DNA from: Candidatus Pacearchaeota archaeon
GTDB lineage: Archaea > Nanobdellota > Nanobdellia > Pacearchaeales > GW2011-AR1
Assembly (NCBI GenBank): GCA_016196285.1
Contig: JACPXY010000044.1
Coordinates: forward strand, 1 to 51,733
Direction: 5' to 3'
Length of the DNA: 51,733 nucleotides
Part shown: piece after piece, positions 42,900 to 50,323 of the stretch
Layout: every line of letters starts with the position of its first letter
How positions within the stretch are numbered: position 1 is the first letter of the stretch
Notes under the pieces: model-generated
Database searches by the model: none
What the model was told of the DNA's origin: nothing
The model's input: only the letters and a program-made list of their open reading frames with translations
Position numbers and translations under genes: made by a program

Positions 42900-43585
42900 G
42901 CGAAAAGAAAGCGCGAGAGCTGCGCTACGAGAGAAAATTCTTGGTGCATGAACTAAGCACGCATCAAGTCAGGCATCTGCTGGTGATGCTTCCAGGCATA
43001 TTCAGGAAACTTCATCTGCCAAGGCGCATCAATAATATCTACCTTGATTCTCTGGATTATCGGAATTATCTTGATAGCATTGAAGGAGAGAAAGAACGCA
43101 TGAAAGTACGCATACGCTGGTATGGAAAAACTATCGGACAGATACATCCTGTATTGGAGATTAAGATGAAGCATGGTGAGATTGGAAAGAAGCTCTCATT
43201 TCCTTTACATCCTTTTGCTGTCAGCAAACGCCTCTCACGCGAATTCCTTATGCAGGAGGTATTCATGAGATCAAATTTACCTGATGCAATCCTCGCTGAA
43301 TTAAAGCAGTTAACCCCTGTGCTGCTTAATTCTTATCTCAGAGAATATTATCAATCTGCAAATAAGGCCTGCAGAGTAACTTTAGACAGCGAGCAGGTAT
43401 TTATCAAGCTCCATCCTGCACATAATACCTTTACGCAACGCATCAAAGATCCCCGAAGTACTGTGATTGAGATTAAGTACTCGCAGCAGGATGCTGAGCT
43501 GGTGCACCAGATGTTCAAGCACTTGCCCTTCAGACTTGTACAGAATTCGAAGTATACGTATGGACTTGGGCAGTTCATAAGCTAA
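42896..43585 (+). CDS. VTC-domain protein (triphosphate-tunnel / polyphosphate-polymerase-like)
   Basis: 229 aa with no TM segment. Alternating charged beta-strand motifs YERKFLV, NIYLDS, KVRIRWYG, VLEIKMKHG, RVTLDS, VIEIKY and SKY are typical of CYTH/VTC tunnel enzymes. The ATGA overlaps the CotH stop. Confidence 0.78.
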   Translation: MSEKKARELRYERKFLVHELSTHQVRHLLVMLPGIFRKLHLPRRINNIYLDSLDYRNYLDSIEGEKERMKVRIRWYGKTIGQIHPVLEIKMKHGEIGKKLSFPLHPFAVSKRLSREFLMQEVFMRSNLPDAILAELKQLTPVLLNSYLREYYQSANKACRVTLDSEQVFIKLHPAHNTFTQRIKDPRSTVIEIKYSQQDAELVHQMFKHLPFRLVQNSKYTYGLGQFIS

Positions 43586-43591
43586 GAGACT

Positions 43592-44632
43592 ATGAATCAG
43601 ATTTTACTTATGGGGATGAGTGCGCCGCAAGAAGGCGGCAGTGAGAGACATGTATATGAGCTGGCAAGCCGAATCAAGGAAAGCACGGTCTTTACCCAAA
43701 GAGGCAGCATTTGCCAGCGCACTGTTCAAGTTCCTGTACCTACAAGAAATATTCTTCTCAGGAATTTGTGTTTTCTCTTCTGGGCTGTGCTCTATGCTCT
43801 TTTCCTGCTCATCACTCTTAGGAAGAAGTATACAACTATCCATATCCATGAGAATCTGCTCTATGTTCTTGCTCCTCTTCTTAGAATGCGCTATACTGTT
43901 GTGATTACGATACATGGCATGACTGGATTTCTCTTCCATGATTCAAAACTGCTCTGGCTGTTTTTTAAGCAGGGATTGCGTGCCGCTGATGCGCTGATTG
44001 CAGTGAATCCTGTTGATGAGCGCGTATTGCACCATGAGTTTCCCGGAAAGAAAATTAAATATTTCCCGAATGGAGTTGATTTAGATGCCTATAAAGGAAG
44101 AGCGCATGTAGAGAAGAAAATAGTATTTATCGGCAGAATCCATGAACAGAAAGGAATTGTGTATTTGCTTGAAGCATTCACCTCACTTGAGGCGCAGATT
44201 CCTGGCTTCAAGCTGGAGATTATAGGAAAACTGAATGATTATGCCATCGAGCTGCAGAGAAAGTATCCTTCTCAACGCATTCTCTGGAGAGGATTTATTG
44301 CTAATCGAGATGCAATTGCGAGAACGTTAGAGTCTGCTTACTGCATAGTCTTGCCGAGTTTATGGGAGGGTCTGCCCCTGACTTTGTTCGAGTCACTTGC
44401 TTCAGGCAGGCCGATTATTGTATCAAAGATTGACGCATTTAGTTCAGTGGTTAAAAACGAAGTCATTTTCTTCAAGAGCAAAAATAGCTCGGATCTAGGA
44501 AAGAAGCTGTTAGAGATTGTACGAGATAAGAAACGTGCTGCTCGAATAGGTGCTGCAGGAAAGAAAACTGCCGGAAGATATGACTGGAACAGAATTGCGC
44601 AAGAATATTCTGCATTTATGCAGAGTTTATAA
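43592..44632 (+). CDS. glycosyltransferase family 4 (GT-B, GT1-type)
   Basis: 346 aa. The EX7E region is PSLWEGLPLTLFESLASGRPII. Confidence 0.85.
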   Translation: MNQILLMGMSAPQEGGSERHVYELASRIKESTVFTQRGSICQRTVQVPVPTRNILLRNLCFLFWAVLYALFLLITLRKKYTTIHIHENLLYVLAPLLRMRYTVVITIHGMTGFLFHDSKLLWLFFKQGLRAADALIAVNPVDERVLHHEFPGKKIKYFPNGVDLDAYKGRAHVEKKIVFIGRIHEQKGIVYLLEAFTSLEAQIPGFKLEIIGKLNDYAIELQRKYPSQRILWRGFIANRDAIARTLESAYCIVLPSLWEGLPLTLFESLASGRPIIVSKIDAFSSVVKNEVIFFKSKNSSDLGKKLLEIVRDKKRAARIGAAGKKTAGRYDWNRIAQEYSAFMQSL

Positions 44633-45818
44633 CTTCTATTATCTGCTTCTTGAGAGCATGAATATCCTTCTCAGATAGGTTATCCAATGATACGACTAAC
44701 ATTCGCTTGCTCAGCTCTTCTGAGGCAGGGAGTGAAACAGGAGCAAGCTTCTTTGCCTTCACATATTCACGATAATAATTCAGACTCGGCTCAAAACTGC
44801 CTGATGCATATAGAGATGCCAATGCTTTTGTAATATCTATTTGTCTCTTGAAGATAATAGGGAATCTGAGTGCTGAAGAGCCTGGATTACAGGAAACTAC
44901 CTTAATTCCCTTAATTCCTCTCATCAGAGCATAGAATCTCCTGTACTGCGAGATATAGTGATTGACTATCTTCCTGCTCTTCTGCATCTGGCTGAGACAG
45001 ATGGCCAGTTCATGTTTCTGTAATGTATATCTATAACTCTCTTCTGACTCTTTGAGTGCGATGCGCATCTTGTCAAGAATAAACCCTGCTGGGAAGAGTC
45101 TTTGCATTCTGGGCAGATAGGAGAATAAGAAAACTGTCAGATGCGCCAATATAGATTCAAGCATGCTCTCATGAGGAAGGAGAAGAGCAGAAAGTGCATT
45201 TTTTGCCTTTTTATAAATTAGAGTGTTGTTGGTAATGAACAATCCTCCGGCAGGAGCACTTAATGCTTTTGAGAAACTGAAGATACCTGCCTCGCCATAT
45301 GTACCGAGCGGTTCTCCTTTGGCCGATGCATGAAGTGCGTGTGCACAATCCTCAAGCAAGACGATACTGCGTGCCTTGCATACAAGTCTTATCTCCTGCA
45401 TTTTGGCAGGCATGCCATAAAGATTGACTGGCATGATTATTCTTGTTCTCTTAGTTATCTTCTTCTTGAGAGCGGACAGCAAGAGATTGCCTGACTCATC
45501 AACATCAACGTATCGAACACATGCGTATTTATCAAGCAGTTCAGGAACTTCTGCACAGACGTATGCCTGTGTAAGCACTTCATCGGTCTTCTTTACCTCT
45601 AGAGCACGCAGAGCGATCTCAATTGCCGCCTTTCCCGAGGGAGTTACAAGCGCGTATCTGCATTTGAACTGTCTCCTAGCTTCTTCCTCGATGGACTCCT
45701 CAAGCTTTCTTGCAGTTAGAGAGCTCATAAGCGCTTTGTAATCTCGCTTGTCCAAGAAGAAAAGCTTATGCGCCCGCCTCCGTAAGAGAAACGGATTGCC
45801 TTTCAGATTCATAAACAA
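44616..45818 (-). CDS. DegT-like PLP aminotransferase-fold protein (divergent)
   Basis: 400 aa. Contains YALVTPSGKAAIEIALRAL, LLEDCAHAL and IFSFSKALSAPAGG (Lys candidate). The start is ambiguous: 45818, 45812 or 45728. 45812 would sit about 25 nt from the shared TATA at 45832..45841. Confidence 0.6.
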   Translation of the reverse strand: MFMNLKGNPFLLRRRAHKLFFLDKRDYKALMSSLTARKLEESIEEEARRQFKCRYALVTPSGKAAIEIALRALEVKKTDEVLTQAYVCAEVPELLDKYACVRYVDVDESGNLLLSALKKKITKRTRIIMPVNLYGMPAKMQEIRLVCKARSIVLLEDCAHALHASAKGEPLGTYGEAGIFSFSKALSAPAGGLFITNNTLIYKKAKNALSALLLPHESMLESILAHLTVFLFSYLPRMQRLFPAGFILDKMRIALKESEESYRYTLQKHELAICLSQMQKSRKIVNHYISQYRRFYALMRGIKGIKVVSCNPGSSALRFPIIFKRQIDITKALASLYASGSFEPSLNYYREYVKAKKLAPVSLPASEELSKRMLVVSLDNLSEKDIHALKKQIIEVINSA

Positions 45819-45859
45819 GGAACATGAAAGAGATTTATAAACTCTCTGAACCTTTGCTC

Positions 45860-46597
45860 ATGATGAATAGAATCACCTACAGCGTCGATGTCGAGCCTGA
45901 CTTGCATGGCTCAGGATATCGGGGAGTGAATCAAGGTCTTGTGAAATTCGAGAAGCTCTGTGATGCACACAAAGTAAAACCTGTGCTCTTTGTGACTGCC
46001 GACTGCATTAAGCAAAATCCAAGGCTATTTCTGCGATTGCAAAAGAAAGGCTGGGATGTCTCGCTGCATGGATTTACGCATACACGGTTTGATGAGATGA
46101 GCATGAATGAGAAGGAAAGAGAAATCTCACAGTCTTTGCTCTACTGGAAGAAGTATCTGAAGAGCAAACCCAAAGGATTTCGTGCTCCCCAACATAGTAT
46201 TGATGATGAAACTCTTGACTTATTGGAAAAGCATGGCTTCCAATATGACTCAAGCTACACTCCTTTGAATGCATTCCAATTCTTGTTCTTCCCAAGAAAG
46301 CTCTTCCTCAACTTGAGAAGCTTCTTTTCGCCTTTACAACCCTATCGGATTAGAGAAAAACTTAGAGAGGTTCCTTCCTCGGCTCTTCTCCTTCCTTTTG
46401 TTTCATTAACAATTCGTTTTCTACCTCGATGGCTAATCTCAATCTATATTCATCTTATTCACTTAATATACCGCCAGCCAGTATTCTACGCGCATTCATG
46501 GGATTTTATCTCCCAGAAAGATAGCAGGATAGACCGCCTTGTCTCCCATAATTCTTTTATCAAGAAACTTGCATACTGCATGGAGAGATTCAGATGA
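45860..46597 (+). CDS. polysaccharide deacetylase (NodB-homology, CE4-like)
   Basis: It starts MMNRITYSVDVEPD (ATG at 45860, about 25 nt from the TATA; the ORF-track start is 45824). Contains HGFTH and FRAPQHS. Confidence 0.72.
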   Translation: MMNRITYSVDVEPDLHGSGYRGVNQGLVKFEKLCDAHKVKPVLFVTADCIKQNPRLFLRLQKKGWDVSLHGFTHTRFDEMSMNEKEREISQSLLYWKKYLKSKPKGFRAPQHSIDDETLDLLEKHGFQYDSSYTPLNAFQFLFFPRKLFLNLRSFFSPLQPYRIREKLREVPSSALLLPFVSLTIRFLPRWLISIYIHLIHLIYRQPVFYAHSWDFISQKDSRIDRLVSHNSFIKKLAYCMERFR

Positions 46598-47727
46598 GAA
46601 TTCTTGAACTGACTAATTTTTCAGCAGGCGGATGTGGGGTTTTTGCGCGAGTGAAAGCTGAATCAGCACTGCTCAAGAAAGCAGGCCACGAAGTTATGAT
46701 TTTCTCATCAGATCTTGAGAAAGGGACGAACAAACGTGTGCCTCATCATGATAGTATAACTAATATCCCGATTCAACGATTCCGTGCGAGGCGTTTGGGA
46801 GGCGAGAGCTATATGTCATGGAGTTTCCAAGATGCTACGCGCGCTTTCAAGCCAGAGATTATTATTGCACATGGCTATCGGCATCCGCATACGCTTCAGG
46901 CGCTAAAACTAGGCAGAAAGCTCAATGCTAAAGTATTATTGGTAACACATGCTCCCTTTGGTAGAGATGCGCAACGCTCAAGTTTATCTCGGTTTGCAGT
47001 TAGCTTGTATGACAGAAAAATTGGCAGGAGTACATTGAAGCACTTTGACCGAGTTATCGCAATAACTAAGTGGGAGCTTCCTTACTTGAAGGCATTGGGA
47101 GTTCCGAGAGAGAAGATTACCTATATCCCTAATGGCATCAGAGAAGAGTTCCTTTCTTCAAAGAAGAGGAAAGAAAGCAATAAACTGATATACCTTGGCA
47201 GGATCGCTCCTATCAAACACTTGGAAGTTATTATTGAAGCTCTTGTACTGATGAAAAACAAGTCAGTTGTTGAACTCTTTGGTCCTGCGGAAGAGAAATA
47301 TCTGCATATCTTACAGAAGAGGATACAGAAAGCTGAACTGGAAAAAGATATCAGCATTATCAATAAGAAGTATGACTCTGATGAACAAATAGCTGCGCTT
47401 GACTCCTCGAGATATTTCATTCTCCCTTCTTTGAGCGAAGGTATGCCTCAGACACTGATTGAAGCGATGGCGCGAGGAAAGATCTGTCTGGCGAGTGATG
47501 TACCTGGGAATAGCGATCTGATAAAACATGGCAGGAATGGATTCTTATTTGAGAATACTCCTGAAGCACTCGCAGCTTTGCTGGAGAAGCTGCAGGCAAT
47601 GAATCAAGCACGAAGAAGACAGATTCAAAGAGCTGCACGAGCATCAATACAGCAGTTTTCCTGGAAGATAGTTATCAAGAAACTTGAGAAGGTAGTTCAA
47701 GAAGTTTCTGTACGGTCTGCCCAGTAA
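46594..47727 (+). CDS. glycosyltransferase family 4 (GT-B)
   Basis: 377 aa. Contains ILPSLSEGMPQTLIEAMARGKICL (EX7E). The ATGA overlaps the upstream stop. Confidence 0.85.
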   Translation: MRILELTNFSAGGCGVFARVKAESALLKKAGHEVMIFSSDLEKGTNKRVPHHDSITNIPIQRFRARRLGGESYMSWSFQDATRAFKPEIIIAHGYRHPHTLQALKLGRKLNAKVLLVTHAPFGRDAQRSSLSRFAVSLYDRKIGRSTLKHFDRVIAITKWELPYLKALGVPREKITYIPNGIREEFLSSKKRKESNKLIYLGRIAPIKHLEVIIEALVLMKNKSVVELFGPAEEKYLHILQKRIQKAELEKDISIINKKYDSDEQIAALDSSRYFILPSLSEGMPQTLIEAMARGKICLASDVPGNSDLIKHGRNGFLFENTPEALAALLEKLQAMNQARRRQIQRAARASIQQFSWKIVIKKLEKVVQEVSVRSAQ

Positions 47728-48368
47728 AATCCTGCGCTTCTCAATCTGCAAGCAAGACACGAATTGCATGGTTTCTTGCCTCCGAGGTAACAGCTCCATG
47801 TGTTATTCAAATCCACACCAAGCTTCTCACCAAGCAGGATGATATCTTCTTTGTCTTTTTTGATGAGTGGAGCATGTATCTTAATAGACACAGAAGCGCT
47901 TACTTTAGCTAGCTGATTCACCTGTTTAAGGAATTCTGGAGTAGTGTCTGGAAAATGCTCCTCTCCCTCGCACTTGAACCCTATGAAGATACTATGCACT
48001 GGCTTCTTTTGGATGCAGAGAGATTCTGCGTATGCCAGCGCATAGCTTAGGAAGATAAGATTTCTCTGTGGCACGTACCAGTTCTTGCTCTCATCTTTTG
48101 TATTCTTCAATGAACTTGTATTCTCTGGTTTTACCTGTCTGGTAAGAGATGACTGGTTAAGTTCCTTTAGATTATTGAGAGTAATCTCTTTCATCGGTGC
48201 ATGAAGCATCTGCGCACATACCTTCACACAACGCCTCTCCTGCTTGCACGCATGCTGACCATAGTTGAAAAAGAGAAGTATTGGCTTATATTTCAGGTGC
48301 TTTGCAACATACCATGCAGTGACTACGCTGTCAATGCCTCCAGAACAGAGAACCAGTGCGCGCTTCAT
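47697..48368 (-). CDS. queC: 7-cyano-7-deazaguanine synthase (QueC, PP-loop ATPase)
   Basis: It starts MKRALVLCSGGIDSVV (SGGxDS PP-loop; ATG at 48368, whereas the ORF-track start 48578 is a long non-homologous extension). Contains YVPQRNLIFLSYALAYAE and the C-terminal Cys cluster CY...CNSCLACRLR. It overlaps the convergent GT4 gene by 31 nt. Confidence 0.82.
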   Translation of the reverse strand: MKRALVLCSGGIDSVVTAWYVAKHLKYKPILLFFNYGQHACKQERRCVKVCAQMLHAPMKEITLNNLKELNQSSLTRQVKPENTSSLKNTKDESKNWYVPQRNLIFLSYALAYAESLCIQKKPVHSIFIGFKCEGEEHFPDTTPEFLKQVNQLAKVSASVSIKIHAPLIKKDKEDIILLGEKLGVDLNNTWSCYLGGKKPCNSCLACRLRSAGFYWADRTETS

Positions 48369-48389
48369 CGGTAAAATAAGTTCATAACC

Positions 48390-48396
48390 TTTATAA
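48390..48396. promoter_or_regulatory. single shared TATA (within near-palindrome AACCTTTATAAGGTT) for divergent leaderless queC and the aIF5A-like gene
   Basis: The box centre is about 25 nt from the ATG at 48368 (minus strand) and about 25 nt from the ATG at 48418 (plus strand). The intergenic region is 49 bp. Confidence 0.6.
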
Positions 48397-48417
48397 GGTT
48401 GTGTTCTACAAAATGCT

Positions 48418-48612
48418 ATGAAGAAGCTTGCAAAGGAGCTCGAAAAAGGAGAACGGATTCTTATAGGGCAAGAGCAGTTAACAATTGAGGAAGTTGAACT
48501 ATCTGACATTGGAAAGCAAGGCACGCAGAAAGTCAGAATTGTCGCAAGCAAAAAGTCTGGAGAGAAAGTCACCGTCATCAGGCCTGCGGATTATCCGTTT
48601 ATGACTGCATAA
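48418..48612 (+). CDS. 64-aa protein resembling only the N-terminal (SH3-like, hypusine-loop) domain of aIF5A
   Basis: LEKGERILIGQEQLTIEEVELSDIGKQGTQKVRIVASKK aligns by eye with the aIF5A pattern LKxGxYVxIDGxPCxIVxxSxSKxGKHGxAKxRIVG. The GK-x-G-x-x-K loop is kept, with Gln in place of His. The OB-fold C-terminal domain is absent. Confidence 0.5.
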   Translation: MKKLAKELEKGERILIGQEQLTIEEVELSDIGKQGTQKVRIVASKKSGEKVTVIRPADYPFMTA

Positions 48613-48613
48613 C

Positions 48614-49525
48614 ATGATAGACGTCATCATTACTTCGTACAATGAACCGAAGGCTACCCTTAGAGCAGTGCAGACTTTTCTCAAACAACTTGGAAAGAAT
48701 GATAGAATTACTGTTGTTGACCCTTTTTCTGAAGTGGAAACCTTCCTAAGAGAGAAGATTAGAGACAAAAGATTTTTCTTCTTCCTTGATCCAGGAGAAG
48801 GAAAGAGCTATGCGCTAAACCTCTTGTTCCAAGAGTACTCGTCATCTAACACCGATGATATCTATATCCTGAGCGATGGAGATGTATATGTGAGTCAGCA
48901 TGCAGTACGCGAGATACAGAAAAAATTCAAGGATATAAAGATAGGATGCGTTACTGGAAAGCCGGCCAGTCTCGACTCGCGAGAAAAGAAGTACGGCTAC
49001 TGGTCGCACTTGTTGTTTGCAGGCATTGATAAGACCAGGAGGAAGCTTGATCAGAAAAAGGCGTTCTTTGAATGTTCTGGCTACTTATTCGCAATTAGGA
49101 AAGGAGTGATTCTTGACTTCCCTATGGAAACAAGCGAAGACTCCATTATCCCCTATCTATTCTGGAAGAAGGGCTATCGCATTGTTTATGCAGACAGAGC
49201 TGAAGTGTATGTTAAAAATCCTGATAACTGGAGAGACTGGCTTGCGCAAAAAGTCAGAAATATCAAAGCGCACGAGAATCTAAATAGGATTGCTCCAGGC
49301 ATGCCAAGAACAAAAACATTTATGAATGAGATAAAAGAAGGATGGCATTTCTTATTCACGTATCCTCGGAATCTGAAGGAAATTGGATGGACGATTCAGC
49401 TCTATTGTGCACGACTCTATCTCTATCTGAAGGCATTCTCTGAATTGAAGAAGCAAAAGAAATATCAAGACGGCTGGCGGGGAGAAGCAACTACCGAAAG
49501 TACTAAGACGCTTGACGCGCCTTAG
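48614..49525 (+). CDS. glycosyltransferase family 2
   Basis: 303 aa. Contains IDVIITSYNEPKATL and ILSDGDVYV. It starts 1 nt after the preceding stop. Confidence 0.8.
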   Translation: MIDVIITSYNEPKATLRAVQTFLKQLGKNDRITVVDPFSEVETFLREKIRDKRFFFFLDPGEGKSYALNLLFQEYSSSNTDDIYILSDGDVYVSQHAVREIQKKFKDIKIGCVTGKPASLDSREKKYGYWSHLLFAGIDKTRRKLDQKKAFFECSGYLFAIRKGVILDFPMETSEDSIIPYLFWKKGYRIVYADRAEVYVKNPDNWRDWLAQKVRNIKAHENLNRIAPGMPRTKTFMNEIKEGWHFLFTYPRNLKEIGWTIQLYCARLYLYLKAFSELKKQKKYQDGWRGEATTESTKTLDAP

Positions 49526-49531
49526 ATTACT

Positions 49532-49690
49532 AGTGAAGAACCCTATGGCAAGACCATAGAGCATCAGACGAAGAAACATTATTATTATTATCTTCTACAA
49601 TTACTTATCTTTATCAGACACATGATAATTATATTGTAATCCTGCATTGCTTTATCCTCAAGGCAAGACCTTAGAGTATTAATGAGAGAT
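49532..49690 (+). repeat. copy 2 of the ~160-180 bp repeat element
   Basis: See 36238..36415. The left hairpin CTATGG-caaga-CCATAG (49543..49559) is intact and the right hairpin is partly degraded (cctcaaggcaagaccttagag). It begins 6 nt after the GT2 stop. Confidence 0.85.
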
Positions 49691-49840
49691 AAATATTCTT
49701 TCTGCGCCCTATGTGGACTACTATAATCTTATTGGCAGAAACAACAACATCCATTATAACCCCAATTCTTTAGCAACCTGGATCTCTTGAATCTCTCCTG
49801 CAGTAAGTGTCTTTTCCATGTTACATCTCTGCTATAGTTA

Positions 49841-50248
49841 CTATATGAATCTTCTTCTCAGCTCCTTATCCAATTCCTCAAGCGTTCTAACAATTGGCAT
49901 GCTGGCAATCAAGATTGAGGAGAGGTACTCGAAGCCTTCTTCAGCAGACTCATCAGTCTTAAGACCTACTCTTGGAATGCCTTTTGCATACGCATAGCCG
50001 AGTTCCCAGGCAGTCCCTGCACCGACATGCAGTCCATCGAGCACTGCAATAACTAATGTTATGCCTTGAAATCCTTGAGTGATATCTCCTTCAAAGATTC
50101 TATGCGCATCTGCTGCTGATTGCGCGATGCCTACATCACGATGCGGGAGGAAGGTTTCAAATCCGAGCTGTCTGCAGAGCGCATCGACTTTCTCGAGCAG
50201 TTCTTTCTCGTATGGTGTGTGTATTTTTCCAGCAAGGTAGACTTTCAT
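49841..50248 (-). CDS. nucleoside 2-deoxyribosyltransferase-like protein
   Basis: 135 aa. MKVYLAGKI...LPHRD...GTAWELGYAYAKGIP fits the Nuc_deoxyrib_tr fold signature. Confidence 0.65.
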   Translation of the reverse strand: MKVYLAGKIHTPYEKELLEKVDALCRQLGFETFLPHRDVGIAQSAADAHRIFEGDITQGFQGITLVIAVLDGLHVGAGTAWELGYAYAKGIPRVGLKTDESAEEGFEYLSSILIASMPIVRTLEELDKELRRRFI

Positions 50249-50323
50249 CCTGTTTCAGATAAAGGAAGGTTAATAAGAGTTATGTATCAGAAACCTTAAA
50301 AGCAGATTCTTGCATGTATACGT

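Noticed and set aside
36238-49690. Integrated virus, plasmid or classical genomic island delimited by att repeats
   Set aside because: There is no integrase, transposase, replication or capsid gene inside. The repeats are diverged rather than identical, and I saw no compositional difference from the flanks. It is kept only as an open question in the findings.
49754-49819. 21-codon minus-strand ORF (MEKTLTAGEIQEIQVAKELGL) in the spacer after repeat copy 2
   Set aside because: It is too short, has no convincing TATA spacing or conservation evidence, and could be a fragment. It was noted only.
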